Shown piece after piece: positions 37,686 through 47,764 of a stretch of 64,000 nucleotides of DNA. Every line of letters starts with the position of its first letter. Within the stretch, counting starts at the first letter, position 1. The notes beneath the pieces are model-generated. The model was not told the DNA's origin. It did not search any database and saw only the letters and a list, made by a program, of their open reading frames with translations. Source of the stretch: an uncultured bacterium (GTDB taxonomy: Bacteria; Hydrothermota; Hydrothermia; UBA1063; CAJXJZ01); NCBI GenBank assembly GCA_913055745.1, contig CAJXJZ010000001.1, positions 2,798 through 66,797 on the forward strand, given 5' to 3'. The position numbers and the translations under genes are program-made.

Positions 37686-39341
37686 ATGGCAAGAGTCGTG
37701 AGAGCACCAAGGGGTACTAAATTAACTGCCAAATCATGGCAGACAGAAGCACCCATGAGGATGATTATGAACAATTTGGATCCTGATGTTGCAAAAGACC
37801 CCGCGCATCTCATTGTATACGGTGGAACAGGTAAGGCAGCAAGGTCATGGGAAGCATTTGATGCCATAGTAAACACGCTCAAGGAACTTGAACTTGATGA
37901 GACACTTCTCGTGCAATCAGGGAAACCTGTTGGAGTCTTTAAGACCCATGAATGGGCACCAAGAGTCCTTATAGCAAATAGTAATTTGGTACCAAAATGG
38001 GCAACATGGGAATACTTTAGGGAACTTGAAGAACGGGGTCTCATTATGTACGGCCAGATGACAGCAGGGTCATGGATCTACATAGGCACTCAAGGCATTC
38101 TCCAGGGAACATATGAAACATTTTTCGCCGCAGCCAAAAAACATTTTAAAGGCTCATTAAAGGGTAAAATAGTGCTTACGGCAGGACTTGGAGAGATGGG
38201 GGGAGCACAACCACTTGCCGCAACATTGAATGATGGCGTCATGATTGCTGTAGAGGTAAATCCATGGGCCATTGAAAGACGGATTAAGACAGGGTATCTT
38301 GACACATGGACCGATAGCATTGACAAGGCCATTGAAATGGCAGAAAAAGCGAAAAAAGAAGGAAAACCTCTTTCCATAGGGCTTTTAGGTAATGCTGCAG
38401 ATGTGCATCCAGAATTGGTCAGAAGAGGCTTTATTCCTGATGTTCTTACAGACCAGGTTGCGGCACATGACCCCTTAAACGGCTACATTCCAAGCGGCCT
38501 TACAGTGGAACAAGCGGATGAACTCAGAAAGAAAGACCCGGATGACTATCTCAAGAGGGTGAAAGCATCTGCAGCAAGGCATGTGGAGGCTATGTTGGAG
38601 ATGCAGAAACAAGGCGCCATCACATTTGAATATGGTAATAACTTAAGAAGACTCGCCTATGATAGTGGTGTTAAAAACGCCTTTGATATTCAAGGCTATG
38701 TCCCAGCGTTTATAAGAGACTTCTTTGCCGAGGGCTCAGGCCCATTTAGATGGGTCGCACTCTCAGGAGAACCTGAAGATATTTATAAAACTGATAAAAA
38801 GGTGCTTGAATTATTCCCTGAAGACGAGCACTTAAGAAAATGGATAGAACTTGCTGAGAAAAAGGTCCATTGGCAAGGATTACCTGCAAGGATATGCTGG
38901 CTTTCCCAGGGGCAGAGAGCAGAGTTTGGCCTTGCAATAAATGAAATGGTGAAAAAGGGAGAACTCGTAGCACCCATTGTCATAGGGAGAGACCATCATG
39001 ATACAGGTTCTGTAGCATCACCTTACAGAGAAACAGAGGCAATGAAGGACGGTTCTGATGCCATCGCAGATTGGCCCATACTCAATGCAATGTTAAATGT
39101 TGCATCAGGTGCTACATGGGTATCCTTCCATCACGGAGGAGGTGTTGGCATAGGATACTCCCTTCATGCTGGCATGGTTATTGTCGCAGATGGGACAGAC
39201 CTTGCACATAAGAAACTTGAAAGGGTTTTAACAAACGATCCTGGTATTGGTGTTGTAAGGCATGCAGATGCAGGCTATGAAATAGCAAAAGAAACCGCAA
39301 AAAAACACGGCCTTAAGATACCTATGTCTCAAGATGGTTGA
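37686..39341 (+). CDS. hutU: urocanate hydratase
   Basis: Highly conserved blocks [20 protein letters not shown] and [11 protein letters not shown]-rich RBS upstream. Confidence 0.9.
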   Translation: MARVVRAPRGTKLTAKSWQTEAPMRMIMNNLDPDVAKDPAHLIVYGGTGKAARSWEAFDAIVNTLKELELDETLLVQSGKPVGVFKTHEWAPRVLIANSNLVPKWATWEYFRELEERGLIMYGQMTAGSWIYIGTQGILQGTYETFFAAAKKHFKGSLKGKIVLTAGLGEMGGAQPLAATLNDGVMIAVEVNPWAIERRIKTGYLDTWTDSIDKAIEMAEKAKKEGKPLSIGLLGNAADVHPELVRRGFIPDVLTDQVAAHDPLNGYIPSGLTVEQADELRKKDPDDYLKRVKASAARHVEAMLEMQKQGAITFEYGNNLRRLAYDSGVKNAFDIQGYVPAFIRDFFAEGSGPFRWVALSGEPEDIYKTDKKVLELFPEDEHLRKWIELAEKKVHWQGLPARICWLSQGQRAEFGLAINEMVKKGELVAPIVIGRDHHDTGSVASPYRETEAMKDGSDAIADWPILNAMLNVASGATWVSFHHGGGVGIGYSLHAGMVIVADGTDLAHKKLERVLTNDPGIGVVRHADAGYEIAKETAKKHGLKIPMSQDG

Positions 39342-40788
39342 TAGCATCAGAAAAAACATAGAAGAGTTTTTAAGGGATATTACATGCGAATACTATAATT
39401 TTGGTTCAGGTAAGAAAAGGACACTTGACCTTACATCCATCTACAAGAAATACCCTACCCTATTTGATAAACAAACTATAAATGAAGTGCCCCCTGAGAA
39501 GCGCAAACTCAGGGGGTTTTTGATAAACACCTATTTAAACCACAAAACAAAAGATATCCAAGAAGAAATAGCAAGGAAAAAAGCAGAAAAAAGGTTTCCC
39601 TTTAAAGATAAAAACATTACACTATCCCAGTTAGAGGTGTTAATTCAATACCTACATAACCGCAAAGAGAGAGAAAAACTGCATAACCTAAAAATTGGAT
39701 TTGTAAAAGAGATTGAACCATTAAAAATCCAGTACCTTCAAGATATTTATAATACTGTGCCTTTATTCTCATATGGAAGGTACTTCTCATACCTCGTGCG
39801 GATTCAAAACATAGATTTTTCTCATTATAAGAGATCTTTTGAATTTTTCCTTGAAGAGACAGAAAATGTCTACACCCATAATATGAACAAATACCTTCTG
39901 TCAAAACTCGGTATTTCCTTAAACTCCGCTGCTTTGTATGACATATCCTATTTTTTCAGAGGATTTGAGTTTGATAATCAGTTTAAAATTGGCTATATTA
40001 AAGATTTTTTAAAGGAATTTCTCTATAATTTGGGCATAGACCTTGAAAAACAGAAAAATGTACATCTTGACCTTGAGGAAAGGCCAACAAAAAATCCAAG
40101 GGCATTCTGTGCTCCTTGTGAGATACCAAATAATGTTTATCTTTCTGTTCTTCCACAAGGAGGATACAAAGACTTTGAGACAACACTTCATGAAATGGGA
40201 CATGTAGAGCATTTTGCACACACATCAAGCACGCTACGCATAGAAGATAGAGCCCTTGGTGATATGGGACTCTCTGAAGTCTTTGCCTTTTTATTCCAAT
40301 ATCTTTTACAAGACCCTGTTTTTGTTGAGTATTATTTTGACATGCACGATGAAGATCTTAATGCCTTTATAAGGCATATAAGCCTTGCAAAACTCTATCT
40401 TATAAGAAGATATGTTGGAAAGTTCCTATATGAATACCACCTTCACAAAAAAGAAGACCTACAGTCTTTTCACGAAAAATACAAAGAGCATTTAGAAAAA
40501 GCCCTATATATAAAAATACCAACAGAGATGGCTTTATACGACCTTGATATGGATTTTTATTCTGCAAACTACCTAAGAGCATGGTTTGCAGAGAGCGCAC
40601 TCAGTGAGTTTTTAAGAACAAAATTCGGTAAAAAATGGTTTATTAATAAAAAGGCAGGAGACCTTTTAAAAGAACTATGGTTTGAAGGAAAACGATGGCA
40701 AATAGAAGAGATGCTGGATGAAGTCATAGGAAGGCCCTTTGATATGGAACCATTAATAGAAGAAGTAAAACGCGTTTTAAAAAGTTAA
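39334..40788 (+). CDS. putative zinc metallopeptidase (HExxH, M3-like)
   Basis: LHEMGHVEH matches the HExGHxxH motif of M3-type oligopeptidases. The family assignment is uncertain. Confidence 0.4.
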   Translation: MVDSIRKNIEEFLRDITCEYYNFGSGKKRTLDLTSIYKKYPTLFDKQTINEVPPEKRKLRGFLINTYLNHKTKDIQEEIARKKAEKRFPFKDKNITLSQLEVLIQYLHNRKEREKLHNLKIGFVKEIEPLKIQYLQDIYNTVPLFSYGRYFSYLVRIQNIDFSHYKRSFEFFLEETENVYTHNMNKYLLSKLGISLNSAALYDISYFFRGFEFDNQFKIGYIKDFLKEFLYNLGIDLEKQKNVHLDLEERPTKNPRAFCAPCEIPNNVYLSVLPQGGYKDFETTLHEMGHVEHFAHTSSTLRIEDRALGDMGLSEVFAFLFQYLLQDPVFVEYYFDMHDEDLNAFIRHISLAKLYLIRRYVGKFLYEYHLHKKEDLQSFHEKYKEHLEKALYIKIPTEMALYDLDMDFYSANYLRAWFAESALSEFLRTKFGKKWFINKKAGDLLKELWFEGKRWQIEEMLDEVIGRPFDMEPLIEEVKRVLKS

Positions 40789-40803
40789 ACAAAGGAGCAA
40801 AAA

Positions 40804-41160
40804 ATGGAAGAAAAGATAAATGACCAAAAAGATGATTTAAGTCAAGGTAAACAGATTGCATGGCTTTCTTATCTTTGGATATTAGTTATTGTACCCTTAC
40901 TTGTAGCACCTCAGAATGAATATGTAAAATTCCATGTGCGTCAGGGCATTGCACTGCTTATTCTTGAGATTGGATGGGCACTCCTTGATATTTTCCTTCA
41001 GATCATCCCTATTATAAGATACCTCGCAGGAATTCTTAATTTCCTTATCTGGATTGCCTTCCTCATACTAATAGTGATGGGTATCATATACTCTGTTCAG
41101 GGTGAGAAGAAAGCACTACCTATTATAGGTGAATTTGCAGCATCTCTAAAGATCATTTGA
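40804..41160 (+). CDS. DUF4870 family small membrane protein
   Basis: KFHVRQG motif and three TM helices. Confidence 0.5.
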   Translation: MEEKINDQKDDLSQGKQIAWLSYLWILVIVPLLVAPQNEYVKFHVRQGIALLILEIGWALLDIFLQIIPIIRYLAGILNFLIWIAFLILIVMGIIYSVQGEKKALPIIGEFAASLKII

Positions 41161-41164
41161 TAAG

Positions 41165-42787
41165 GTGCTTTTCTTATTGCTTTTCAGTTTGGTAATAAAT
41201 GAGGTAATGTACAACCCAAAGGGAGCAGAATCTGGTACGGATTCCCCTGGTGATAGAAACGAGTATGTTGAACTGTACAATGAAACAGATGATACAGTAT
41301 GTATTGATGGATATTTTATAAAGGATAATATGGAAAAAGACAGTATTGTTCCTTTTCCTGACACACTTATATATGATTTTTGTGATTCATGCACTATTTC
41401 AAACCTCATACCTCCACATGCCTATGCTGTGATACTTGACAGAGACTATTTACATCAAGGAGAATACCATGCACCATACAGATTCGGTAAAAATACAGTC
41501 CTACTCTCTACTTATGATACAGATATAGGTAATGGCCTTTCAGAGAACGATAACCTTTTTTTAATTAAAGGCAATGATACCATTGACACATACGGTACGC
41601 CTGATGAACAAGATGCCTTACCACTTTCTTCTAAGGATGGCATATCTATAGAGCGTTTAAACCCGTACTACAAAGACGATGTAAAAAATTGGGCTCTTTC
41701 AGATTCCTGCACACCAGGATACAAGAATTCTGTGAGTTTTGAAAAAGACCTTTCCATTGATTCTGTTTTTGTATCCTCTTTTATGCCCCCATTGCTGGAT
41801 ACTGTTAAATACACAGTGTTTTTAACCAATAAGGGGTGGGAGGATATAGGAGACTTCTATATAACTGTTAAAACAGAAACTGAAACAGAACGGTATTTGA
41901 TAAATGGTCCATTAGGATTTCTACAAACAAGAACAATTACAGGATATATCGTGCCTCTTAAAAAAGGGCTTTTTACATTGACTTTCTATCATAATGTTTT
42001 AGACGAAAGGCCAGAAAATGATACTACTTATATGTATTTAACTATTCAAATCCCACAAATCGTTATAAATGAAATAATGTACGACGATACAGTAGAATGG
42101 ATTGAAATCTATAATGCATCAAATGAAACGTTAAATACAGGATTTGTAGTAAAAGATAGATCCAATGCCACATCACTCCCAACAAATCGTGTAGAGTTTA
42201 ACCCAGGAGATTATCTCGTAATAACTGGGGATTCATCATTTTCCAATAGATTTCCGGATGTGCCCTTTGCATGGGTAGAGGGCTTTCCCACACTAAACAA
42301 CTCCTATGAGACTATATACCTTTTAACCCAAAATGGCGCACTTTTGGATTCTGTATACTATACATCAAGTTATGGTGGATCCTTTGGCAAGAGTATTGAA
42401 AAAATAAATCCATATCTTCCATCTTCAGAAAAATCTTCATGGAAAACATGCACTGACCCAAAAGGTGGCACACCAGGGAGAGAAAACTCTGTATATGCGG
42501 CATTTAGTGGTGAGAAGAACAAAGTTTCTCTAAGCAGACATACCATAAGATACTCACTTCATGAAAAAATCGTTTTTACATTTATGCAAGATGAGGGCCC
42601 TGTGAGGTTTTATCTTTTCAGTCTTGACGGAAAGCCATACGGCATGATACATTATGAATCTGCTCCTTTAGGAGAGTGGACATGGGACGGGTATGTAAAG
42701 TCCAATAAATTGCCAGAAGGCCCATACATTGTTTATATAGAGTGCAAGCACTTCAGACAGAAGGAGATAATCGTCATAGAAAAATGA
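41165..42787 (+). CDS. secreted protein with two lamin-tail (LTD) domains
   Basis: Two copies of the LTD signature: INEVMYNP ... EYVELYN, and VINEIMYDD ... EWIEIYN. The C-terminus is beta-sandwich-like. Confidence 0.55.
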   Translation: MLFLLLFSLVINEVMYNPKGAESGTDSPGDRNEYVELYNETDDTVCIDGYFIKDNMEKDSIVPFPDTLIYDFCDSCTISNLIPPHAYAVILDRDYLHQGEYHAPYRFGKNTVLLSTYDTDIGNGLSENDNLFLIKGNDTIDTYGTPDEQDALPLSSKDGISIERLNPYYKDDVKNWALSDSCTPGYKNSVSFEKDLSIDSVFVSSFMPPLLDTVKYTVFLTNKGWEDIGDFYITVKTETETERYLINGPLGFLQTRTITGYIVPLKKGLFTLTFYHNVLDERPENDTTYMYLTIQIPQIVINEIMYDDTVEWIEIYNASNETLNTGFVVKDRSNATSLPTNRVEFNPGDYLVITGDSSFSNRFPDVPFAWVEGFPTLNNSYETIYLLTQNGALLDSVYYTSSYGGSFGKSIEKINPYLPSSEKSSWKTCTDPKGGTPGRENSVYAAFSGEKNKVSLSRHTIRYSLHEKIVFTFMQDEGPVRFYLFSLDGKPYGMIHYESAPLGEWTWDGYVKSNKLPEGPYIVYIECKHFRQKEIIVIEK

Positions 42788-44694
42788 TCCAGCTCTATGG
42801 CATTTCTAAGAGTTTTGGTGCAAGGGCCATACTTGAAGGCATAGACCTCTTTATTGACAAAAATACCCGCCTTGGCATAGTTGGGAAGAATGGAGCAGGC
42901 AAGTCAACATTACTTTCTATCATCGCAGGTAAAATTCTGCCAGACGATGGAAAAATTATCACGAAAGATGGTATTAAAATAGGTTATCTCCCGCAAAAAG
43001 ATGTGGTTTTTGAAAGTGATCTAACCCTCATGGAGGTGCTAAAAAGGGCAAATGCTGTGCTGTTTCAACTAAAAGAGCGGATGGACATCTTAGAGAAAAA
43101 GGAACCTATGCAATATGCAAAACTCCTTGACGAATATCGCATGAAAGGTGGTTATGAATATATGGCAAAGGTTTCAAAAATAATGAAAAAACTAAACTTT
43201 TCAGAAGAGGATGCACAAAAGAAGATAAGTGAGTTTTCTGGTGGATGGCAAAAGCGTATAAAACTTGCAGAACTTATGTTATCAGAGCCTGATATTCTAC
43301 TATTGGACGAGCCCACAAACAACCTTGACGCCATTGGCATAGCGTGGTTGATAAACTATCTTAAAGGCTTCAAGGGTGCCTATATCATCGTATCCCATGA
43401 TAGATACCTCCTTGATGCAACAACGAATAAGACAGGTGAATTAAAAAAAGGTAAACTTCACCTATATCCTGCACCTTATAGCAAATTCATTATAATTAAA
43501 GAAAGAGAAGTACTACTCAAGCAGAAAAAATATGAAGAGACTATTGAACTCATACAAAGGTACAGAAGATATGTAGAAAGAAATAGATACGATAAGAAAA
43601 CAGCAGGAAGGGCAAAATCTCGTGAGAAGATGCTTGAGAGGCTAAAGTTGCCAGAAAAACCTGAGATAGAAGAATATCCTGAATTTAGAATACAATCAAT
43701 GGAGCATCTGCCTACAGAACTTTTAAGATGTGAACACATTTACAAGTCTTTTGGTGAGAACAAGGTATTAAGAGGCGTAAGTCTTCTTGTGAGAAGAGGC
43801 GAAAAGATAGGGATATTGGGAGAAAATGGGAGTGGGAAAACTACCTTACTTCGCATACTTGCAAAAAGATTAAAACCTGACAGGGGAGAGGTTTTCATAA
43901 ATCCTTCCATTAAAATAGGCTATTACAGTCAAATAGAGGAGGAAGAAATAGATAAACATCTTACGCCGTGGGAACTTCTCTTAAGGGAACGAGAAAATAT
44001 TACCTATAAAGAACTATTTACTTTGCTTTCAACATTCGGATTAAAGGAGGAACGGATTGAAACACCTTTTTACAAACTTTCAGGAGGAGAACGGCAACGC
44101 ACAAGGCTTATGCTCCTTTTCTCAAAGAGAAGAGACCTCCTTATATTGGACGAGATAACCAACCACCTTGATCTATACTCAAGGGAGGCATTAGAGAAGG
44201 CAATACAATCTTACAAAGGAGGCATTGTCTTCGTATCACACGATAGGTATTTTATAGAGAAAATCAAAACCCATTATTACATTTTAAAAGATGGCAAACT
44301 CTCCTATTTTACCGGAAATTACGATGATTTTATAAGAATACTTGAAGAGAGTAAAGAAAAAAATCAAGAGTTTCAAAGCACATATAAAAATCAAGACAAA
44401 AAAGACGATTATATAAAACGCAAGGAAATACAAAGAAAACAAAGGATATTAAAACGCCATATTCAGAAAAAGGCAGATGAGATTGAGGATCTGGAGAGAA
44501 AAATAGAAAAACTGGAACAAAAAGAAAAAAAGATGCTAAAAAGTTTTGAAAACCCAAACGATATCAAAGAAGAGAGTTATAAAGAATATGAAGAATTAAA
44601 AAAAGAACTCAATAAACTCTATAGAAAATGGGAAGAATTGAACATTGAAATAGAAAAATTAGAACAAGACCTCAGGGCGTATTCTCAAAAATAG
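42784..44694 (+). CDS. ABC-F family ATPase with C-terminal coiled-coil extension
   Basis: Two ABC cassettes. Walker A motifs GKNGAGKST and GENGSGKTT. Signature motifs LSGGWQKR and LSGGERQR. K/E-rich tail. The start is moved to ATG 42784 (ATGA overlap with the upstream stop). Confidence 0.85.
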   Translation: MIQLYGISKSFGARAILEGIDLFIDKNTRLGIVGKNGAGKSTLLSIIAGKILPDDGKIITKDGIKIGYLPQKDVVFESDLTLMEVLKRANAVLFQLKERMDILEKKEPMQYAKLLDEYRMKGGYEYMAKVSKIMKKLNFSEEDAQKKISEFSGGWQKRIKLAELMLSEPDILLLDEPTNNLDAIGIAWLINYLKGFKGAYIIVSHDRYLLDATTNKTGELKKGKLHLYPAPYSKFIIIKEREVLLKQKKYEETIELIQRYRRYVERNRYDKKTAGRAKSREKMLERLKLPEKPEIEEYPEFRIQSMEHLPTELLRCEHIYKSFGENKVLRGVSLLVRRGEKIGILGENGSGKTTLLRILAKRLKPDRGEVFINPSIKIGYYSQIEEEEIDKHLTPWELLLRERENITYKELFTLLSTFGLKEERIETPFYKLSGGERQRTRLMLLFSKRRDLLILDEITNHLDLYSREALEKAIQSYKGGIVFVSHDRYFIEKIKTHYYILKDGKLSYFTGNYDDFIRILEESKEKNQEFQSTYKNQDKKDDYIKRKEIQRKQRILKRHIQKKADEIEDLERKIEKLEQKEKKMLKSFENPNDIKEESYKEYEELKKELNKLYRKWEELNIEIEKLEQDLRAYSQK

Positions 44695-45514
44695 TTTGCC
44701 CTTTTTGCCTTTTGCCCACAAGTTCCATTATAGTTGTTGCAGCCTCTTCAATAGACTTAGATGTAACATCAACAATATGCCATCCTCTTTCATTAAATAG
44801 GTGCAAGGCATAACTTACCTCATTCATGAGCATATTCATTTCAATATATGGGTCTGAGAGAGGCATCTTTAATTTTTCTGCCCTTGCAAGCCTGATCTGG
44901 CGGAGCCTGTAAGGCTCAATGGTAAGTCCTATGACTTTGTTTTTATCAATCTCATCAAGTTGAGAAGGAAGAGGCATATTATAAATTACAGGTATATTTG
45001 CTGTCCTGTATCCTCTGTATGCAAGGTACATGCTTATAGGCGTCTTTGACGTGCGCGATACCCCCACAAGAACAATATCCGCATCTTTTATATCCTTTAC
45101 ATTCCTGCCATCATCGTGTTTTACAGCATAATCAATACATTCAATCCTTTTGTAATACTCTTCATTAAGATGCCTGAAAAGACCTGGAATAGCCATTGGT
45201 GATATTTCAAGAAGGTCCTGAAGCCGAGAGAGAAGTGGCCCTAAGATATCAATTGTAGGGACAGCGCGTTTTAGTCCTTCCTGGACAATTTTCTTACGAA
45301 GTTCAGGAATAACCAGGGTAAAAACAACAACGCCCCTCTTTGTTTGAGCCTCTTCCATAATCTTCACTAAATCCTCAATCGTTCTCACATTTGGGTACTT
45401 ATGAAGATACACATTACATGTTTTAAACTGGGTAAGTGCAGCCTTCACAACCATCTCAGAGGTAACACCCGTAGAATCAGAAACTATAAAAATATGCCTT
45501 TCCTTATGATCCAT
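44672..45514 (-). CDS. pyruvate,phosphate dikinase / PEP synthase regulatory protein (DUF299 kinase-pyrophosphorylase)
   Basis: P-loop block VLVGVSRTSKTP characteristic of the PDRP/PSRP family. Confidence 0.75.
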   Translation of the reverse strand: MDHKERHIFIVSDSTGVTSEMVVKAALTQFKTCNVYLHKYPNVRTIEDLVKIMEEAQTKRGVVVFTLVIPELRKKIVQEGLKRAVPTIDILGPLLSRLQDLLEISPMAIPGLFRHLNEEYYKRIECIDYAVKHDDGRNVKDIKDADIVLVGVSRTSKTPISMYLAYRGYRTANIPVIYNMPLPSQLDEIDKNKVIGLTIEPYRLRQIRLARAEKLKMPLSDPYIEMNMLMNEVSYALHLFNERGWHIVDVTSKSIEEAATTIMELVGKRQKGQTIFENTP

Positions 45515-45634
45515 AAAAACATCCCTCTTTTTAATAATTTTATCGCAATTCCTTTGAAGAGCAAAATATATTCATATATAAACTAATTCAAAGGCTTGTA
45601 TAACCCGCACATCTTATTTATAATTTAACACTGT

Positions 45635-46315
45635 ATGACCCTTAAGATTGCAATAGACGGACCCGCGGGTTCTGGAAAGACGACAACAGCCAAATTGGTG
45701 GCAAAAAGGTTAGGCATTTTGCCTGTAGATACTGGTGCTATGTACAGGGCTGTATCTTACGAATGCCTCCGGCGCAATATTGATGTGCATGATGAAAAAA
45801 GTGTTGAAAGGATCGCGGATAGCATAAATATTGATCAAAAGGCTATTGGTGATGAAATACATACTTATCTAAATGGCGAAGATGTCTCTGACAAAATACG
45901 TACCCCTGAGGTAGATAAGGTTGTTTCCATTGTTTCATCATATAAAAAGGTAAGGGATAAATTGGTTGAAATACAGAGAAAACTTGCGAACACGCAGGAT
46001 GTGGTTATTGAAGGTCGTGATATTGGAACAATTGTATTAAAAGATGCAGATATTAAAATTTTTATGAAAGCAAGTTTAAAAGAGAGAGCAAAAAGGCGTT
46101 TTAATGAACTTAGGGCAAAGGGGGTAAATGTTAATTTTGAAGATGTCCTAAGAGAACTTAAAAAGCGGGACGAGATGGATTCAAAAAGAGAACTCGCTCC
46201 CTTAAAAATACCAGAGGGAGCAATCATAATAGATACAACAAATAAAACCATAGAAGAGCAGGTTGAAGAGATTATCAAGATTATTAAGGAGGTTAAAAAT
46301 AAAATTCATACATGA
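45635..46315 (+). CDS. cmk: cytidylate kinase
   Basis: IAIDGPAGSGKTT P-loop. The LID region is present. Confidence 0.9.
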   Translation: MTLKIAIDGPAGSGKTTTAKLVAKRLGILPVDTGAMYRAVSYECLRRNIDVHDEKSVERIADSINIDQKAIGDEIHTYLNGEDVSDKIRTPEVDKVVSIVSSYKKVRDKLVEIQRKLANTQDVVIEGRDIGTIVLKDADIKIFMKASLKERAKRRFNELRAKGVNVNFEDVLRELKKRDEMDSKRELAPLKIPEGAIIIDTTNKTIEEQVEEIIKIIKEVKNKIHT

Positions 46316-46929
46316 GTCTTAAGTGGAAAATTGCATATCTCGTCCTGCACCCCCTGTTTAAATGGCTTTTCGGGGCAAAGGTTATAGGAAAGGAAAATAT
46401 ACCTCCTCATGGTCCTTACATAGTGGCTCCAAACCATACATCCTTTTGGGATCCACCTTTTGTAGGATGGGCAATGTGTCCCGTAGAGACATATTTTCTT
46501 GCAAAGATTGACCTATTTGTTCATAATAAACTCTTTGGTGCTTTAATAAAATTTCTCCATGCAATACCCTTAGATAGAAAAAACGCAATAAAAGGCCTAA
46601 AAGAGGGACTTAGAGCGCTCAATGAAGGAAAGGTCCTTGTGGTATTTCCAGAAGGCACAAGAAACAGGACACGCGATAAAATTCTCCTTCCACTTAAAGA
46701 AGGGGTCGCTATGTTAGCACTTAAAGCCAAGGTAAATATCCTACCCGTATTTTTGTATGAAAGTAAAGGGTCTTATCGAGACTGGATATTGAGAAAAAGA
46801 CAACTTGCCATAAGATTTGGAGAGGTTATAGACACATCTGAGTTTACTTATAGTAAAGAAGGTATAAAATCTTTAACAAAAGAACTTGAAAGGAGGTTGC
46901 TACAACTTGCTAAAAGTAATCCTACCTGA
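46312..46929 (+). CDS. plsC: 1-acyl-sn-glycerol-3-phosphate acyltransferase
   Basis: HxxxxD motif NHTSFWD and FPEGTR motif. Confidence 0.8.
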   Translation: MSLKWKIAYLVLHPLFKWLFGAKVIGKENIPPHGPYIVAPNHTSFWDPPFVGWAMCPVETYFLAKIDLFVHNKLFGALIKFLHAIPLDRKNAIKGLKEGLRALNEGKVLVVFPEGTRNRTRDKILLPLKEGVAMLALKAKVNILPVFLYESKGSYRDWILRKRQLAIRFGEVIDTSEFTYSKEGIKSLTKELERRLLQLAKSNPT

Positions 46930-47761
46930 TGAATATAGTTTTTGTTTTGGTGTAGAAAGGGCATTGGAACTTGCAAAGAAACACATGAATGATGGTGAAC
47001 TTTTTGACACACTTGGCGAGATTATTCACAATCCCCATGTGGTCAAGGAATTTGAGAAAAAGGGCATTAAGGTAATTAAGAAACCAGAAGAGAGCAAAAA
47101 AAGAAAAATACTAATTCGCTCCCACGGCGTACCACCAGATGTCATAGAAAAGATAAAGTCACTTAAAAAAGAAATTATTGATGCTACCTGCCCTTTTGTC
47201 AAGCATGCACATGAATCTGCTAAAAAACTGGTAGAAGAGGGTTATTTTCTTGTTATTGTAGGTAAAAAAGAACATCCAGAAGTCATTGGTATACAAGGTT
47301 ACGCACATGGAAAGGGATGTGTAGTGTTGAAAAGAGAAGAAGTGAGCAAGCTTCATTTAAGAGGTAAAAAGGTGGGTATCGTATCCCAAACTACAATGCT
47401 CCTTTCCAATGTTCAGGAAGTTGTAAATGCCATTCTTTTGCAAAATCCAAAAGAGGTACGATATATAAACACAAGATGCAGCACAACTGAAAGAAGGCAG
47501 AATGCAACACGAGAACTCGCAAAAAAGGTTGATGTAATGGTAATTGTAGGTGGAAGACACAGTTCAAACACAAATAGATTATACGAAATAGCAAAAGAAT
47601 ACGCCCCCCGAGCCTATTTTATTGAATCCTACAAAGAATTAAAGCCTGAATGGTTTTTAAATGCAAAGGTGGTAGGAGTAACTGGTGGGGCTTCTACCCC
47701 AAAAGTGGACGTTTTAAAAGTAAAAGAAACCATAGAAAAAATTTCACAAGGAGGTAAATAG
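46907..47761 (+). CDS. ispH: 4-hydroxy-3-methylbut-2-enyl diphosphate reductase
   Basis: FCFGVERA and the three conserved Cys regions. The start is probably TTG 46907, 11 nt after AGGAGG. Confidence 0.8.
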   Translation: MLKVILPDEYSFCFGVERALELAKKHMNDGELFDTLGEIIHNPHVVKEFEKKGIKVIKKPEESKKRKILIRSHGVPPDVIEKIKSLKKEIIDATCPFVKHAHESAKKLVEEGYFLVIVGKKEHPEVIGIQGYAHGKGCVVLKREEVSKLHLRGKKVGIVSQTTMLLSNVQEVVNAILLQNPKEVRYINTRCSTTERRQNATRELAKKVDVMVIVGGRHSSNTNRLYEIAKEYAPRAYFIESYKELKPEWFLNAKVVGVTGGASTPKVDVLKVKETIEKISQGGK

Positions 47762-47764
47762 GTT

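Noticed and set aside
37576-37710. Long N-terminal extension of the TPR protein overlapping the hutU start
   Set aside because: A divergent overlap of two starts is implausible. The internal Met at 37575 begins a typical signal peptide.
42742-42783. N-terminal extension of the ABC-F ORF (MQALQTEGDNRHRK)
   Set aside because: It overlaps the preceding gene. An internal ATG at 42784 in an ATGA overlap gives the canonical ABC-F N-terminus MIQLYGISKSFG.
44672-45514. PDRP/PSRP regulatory kinase as a candidate novelty because no ppdK or ppsA is adjacent
   Set aside because: The regulatory protein is frequently unlinked from its target in many genomes, so this is not informative without the whole genome.
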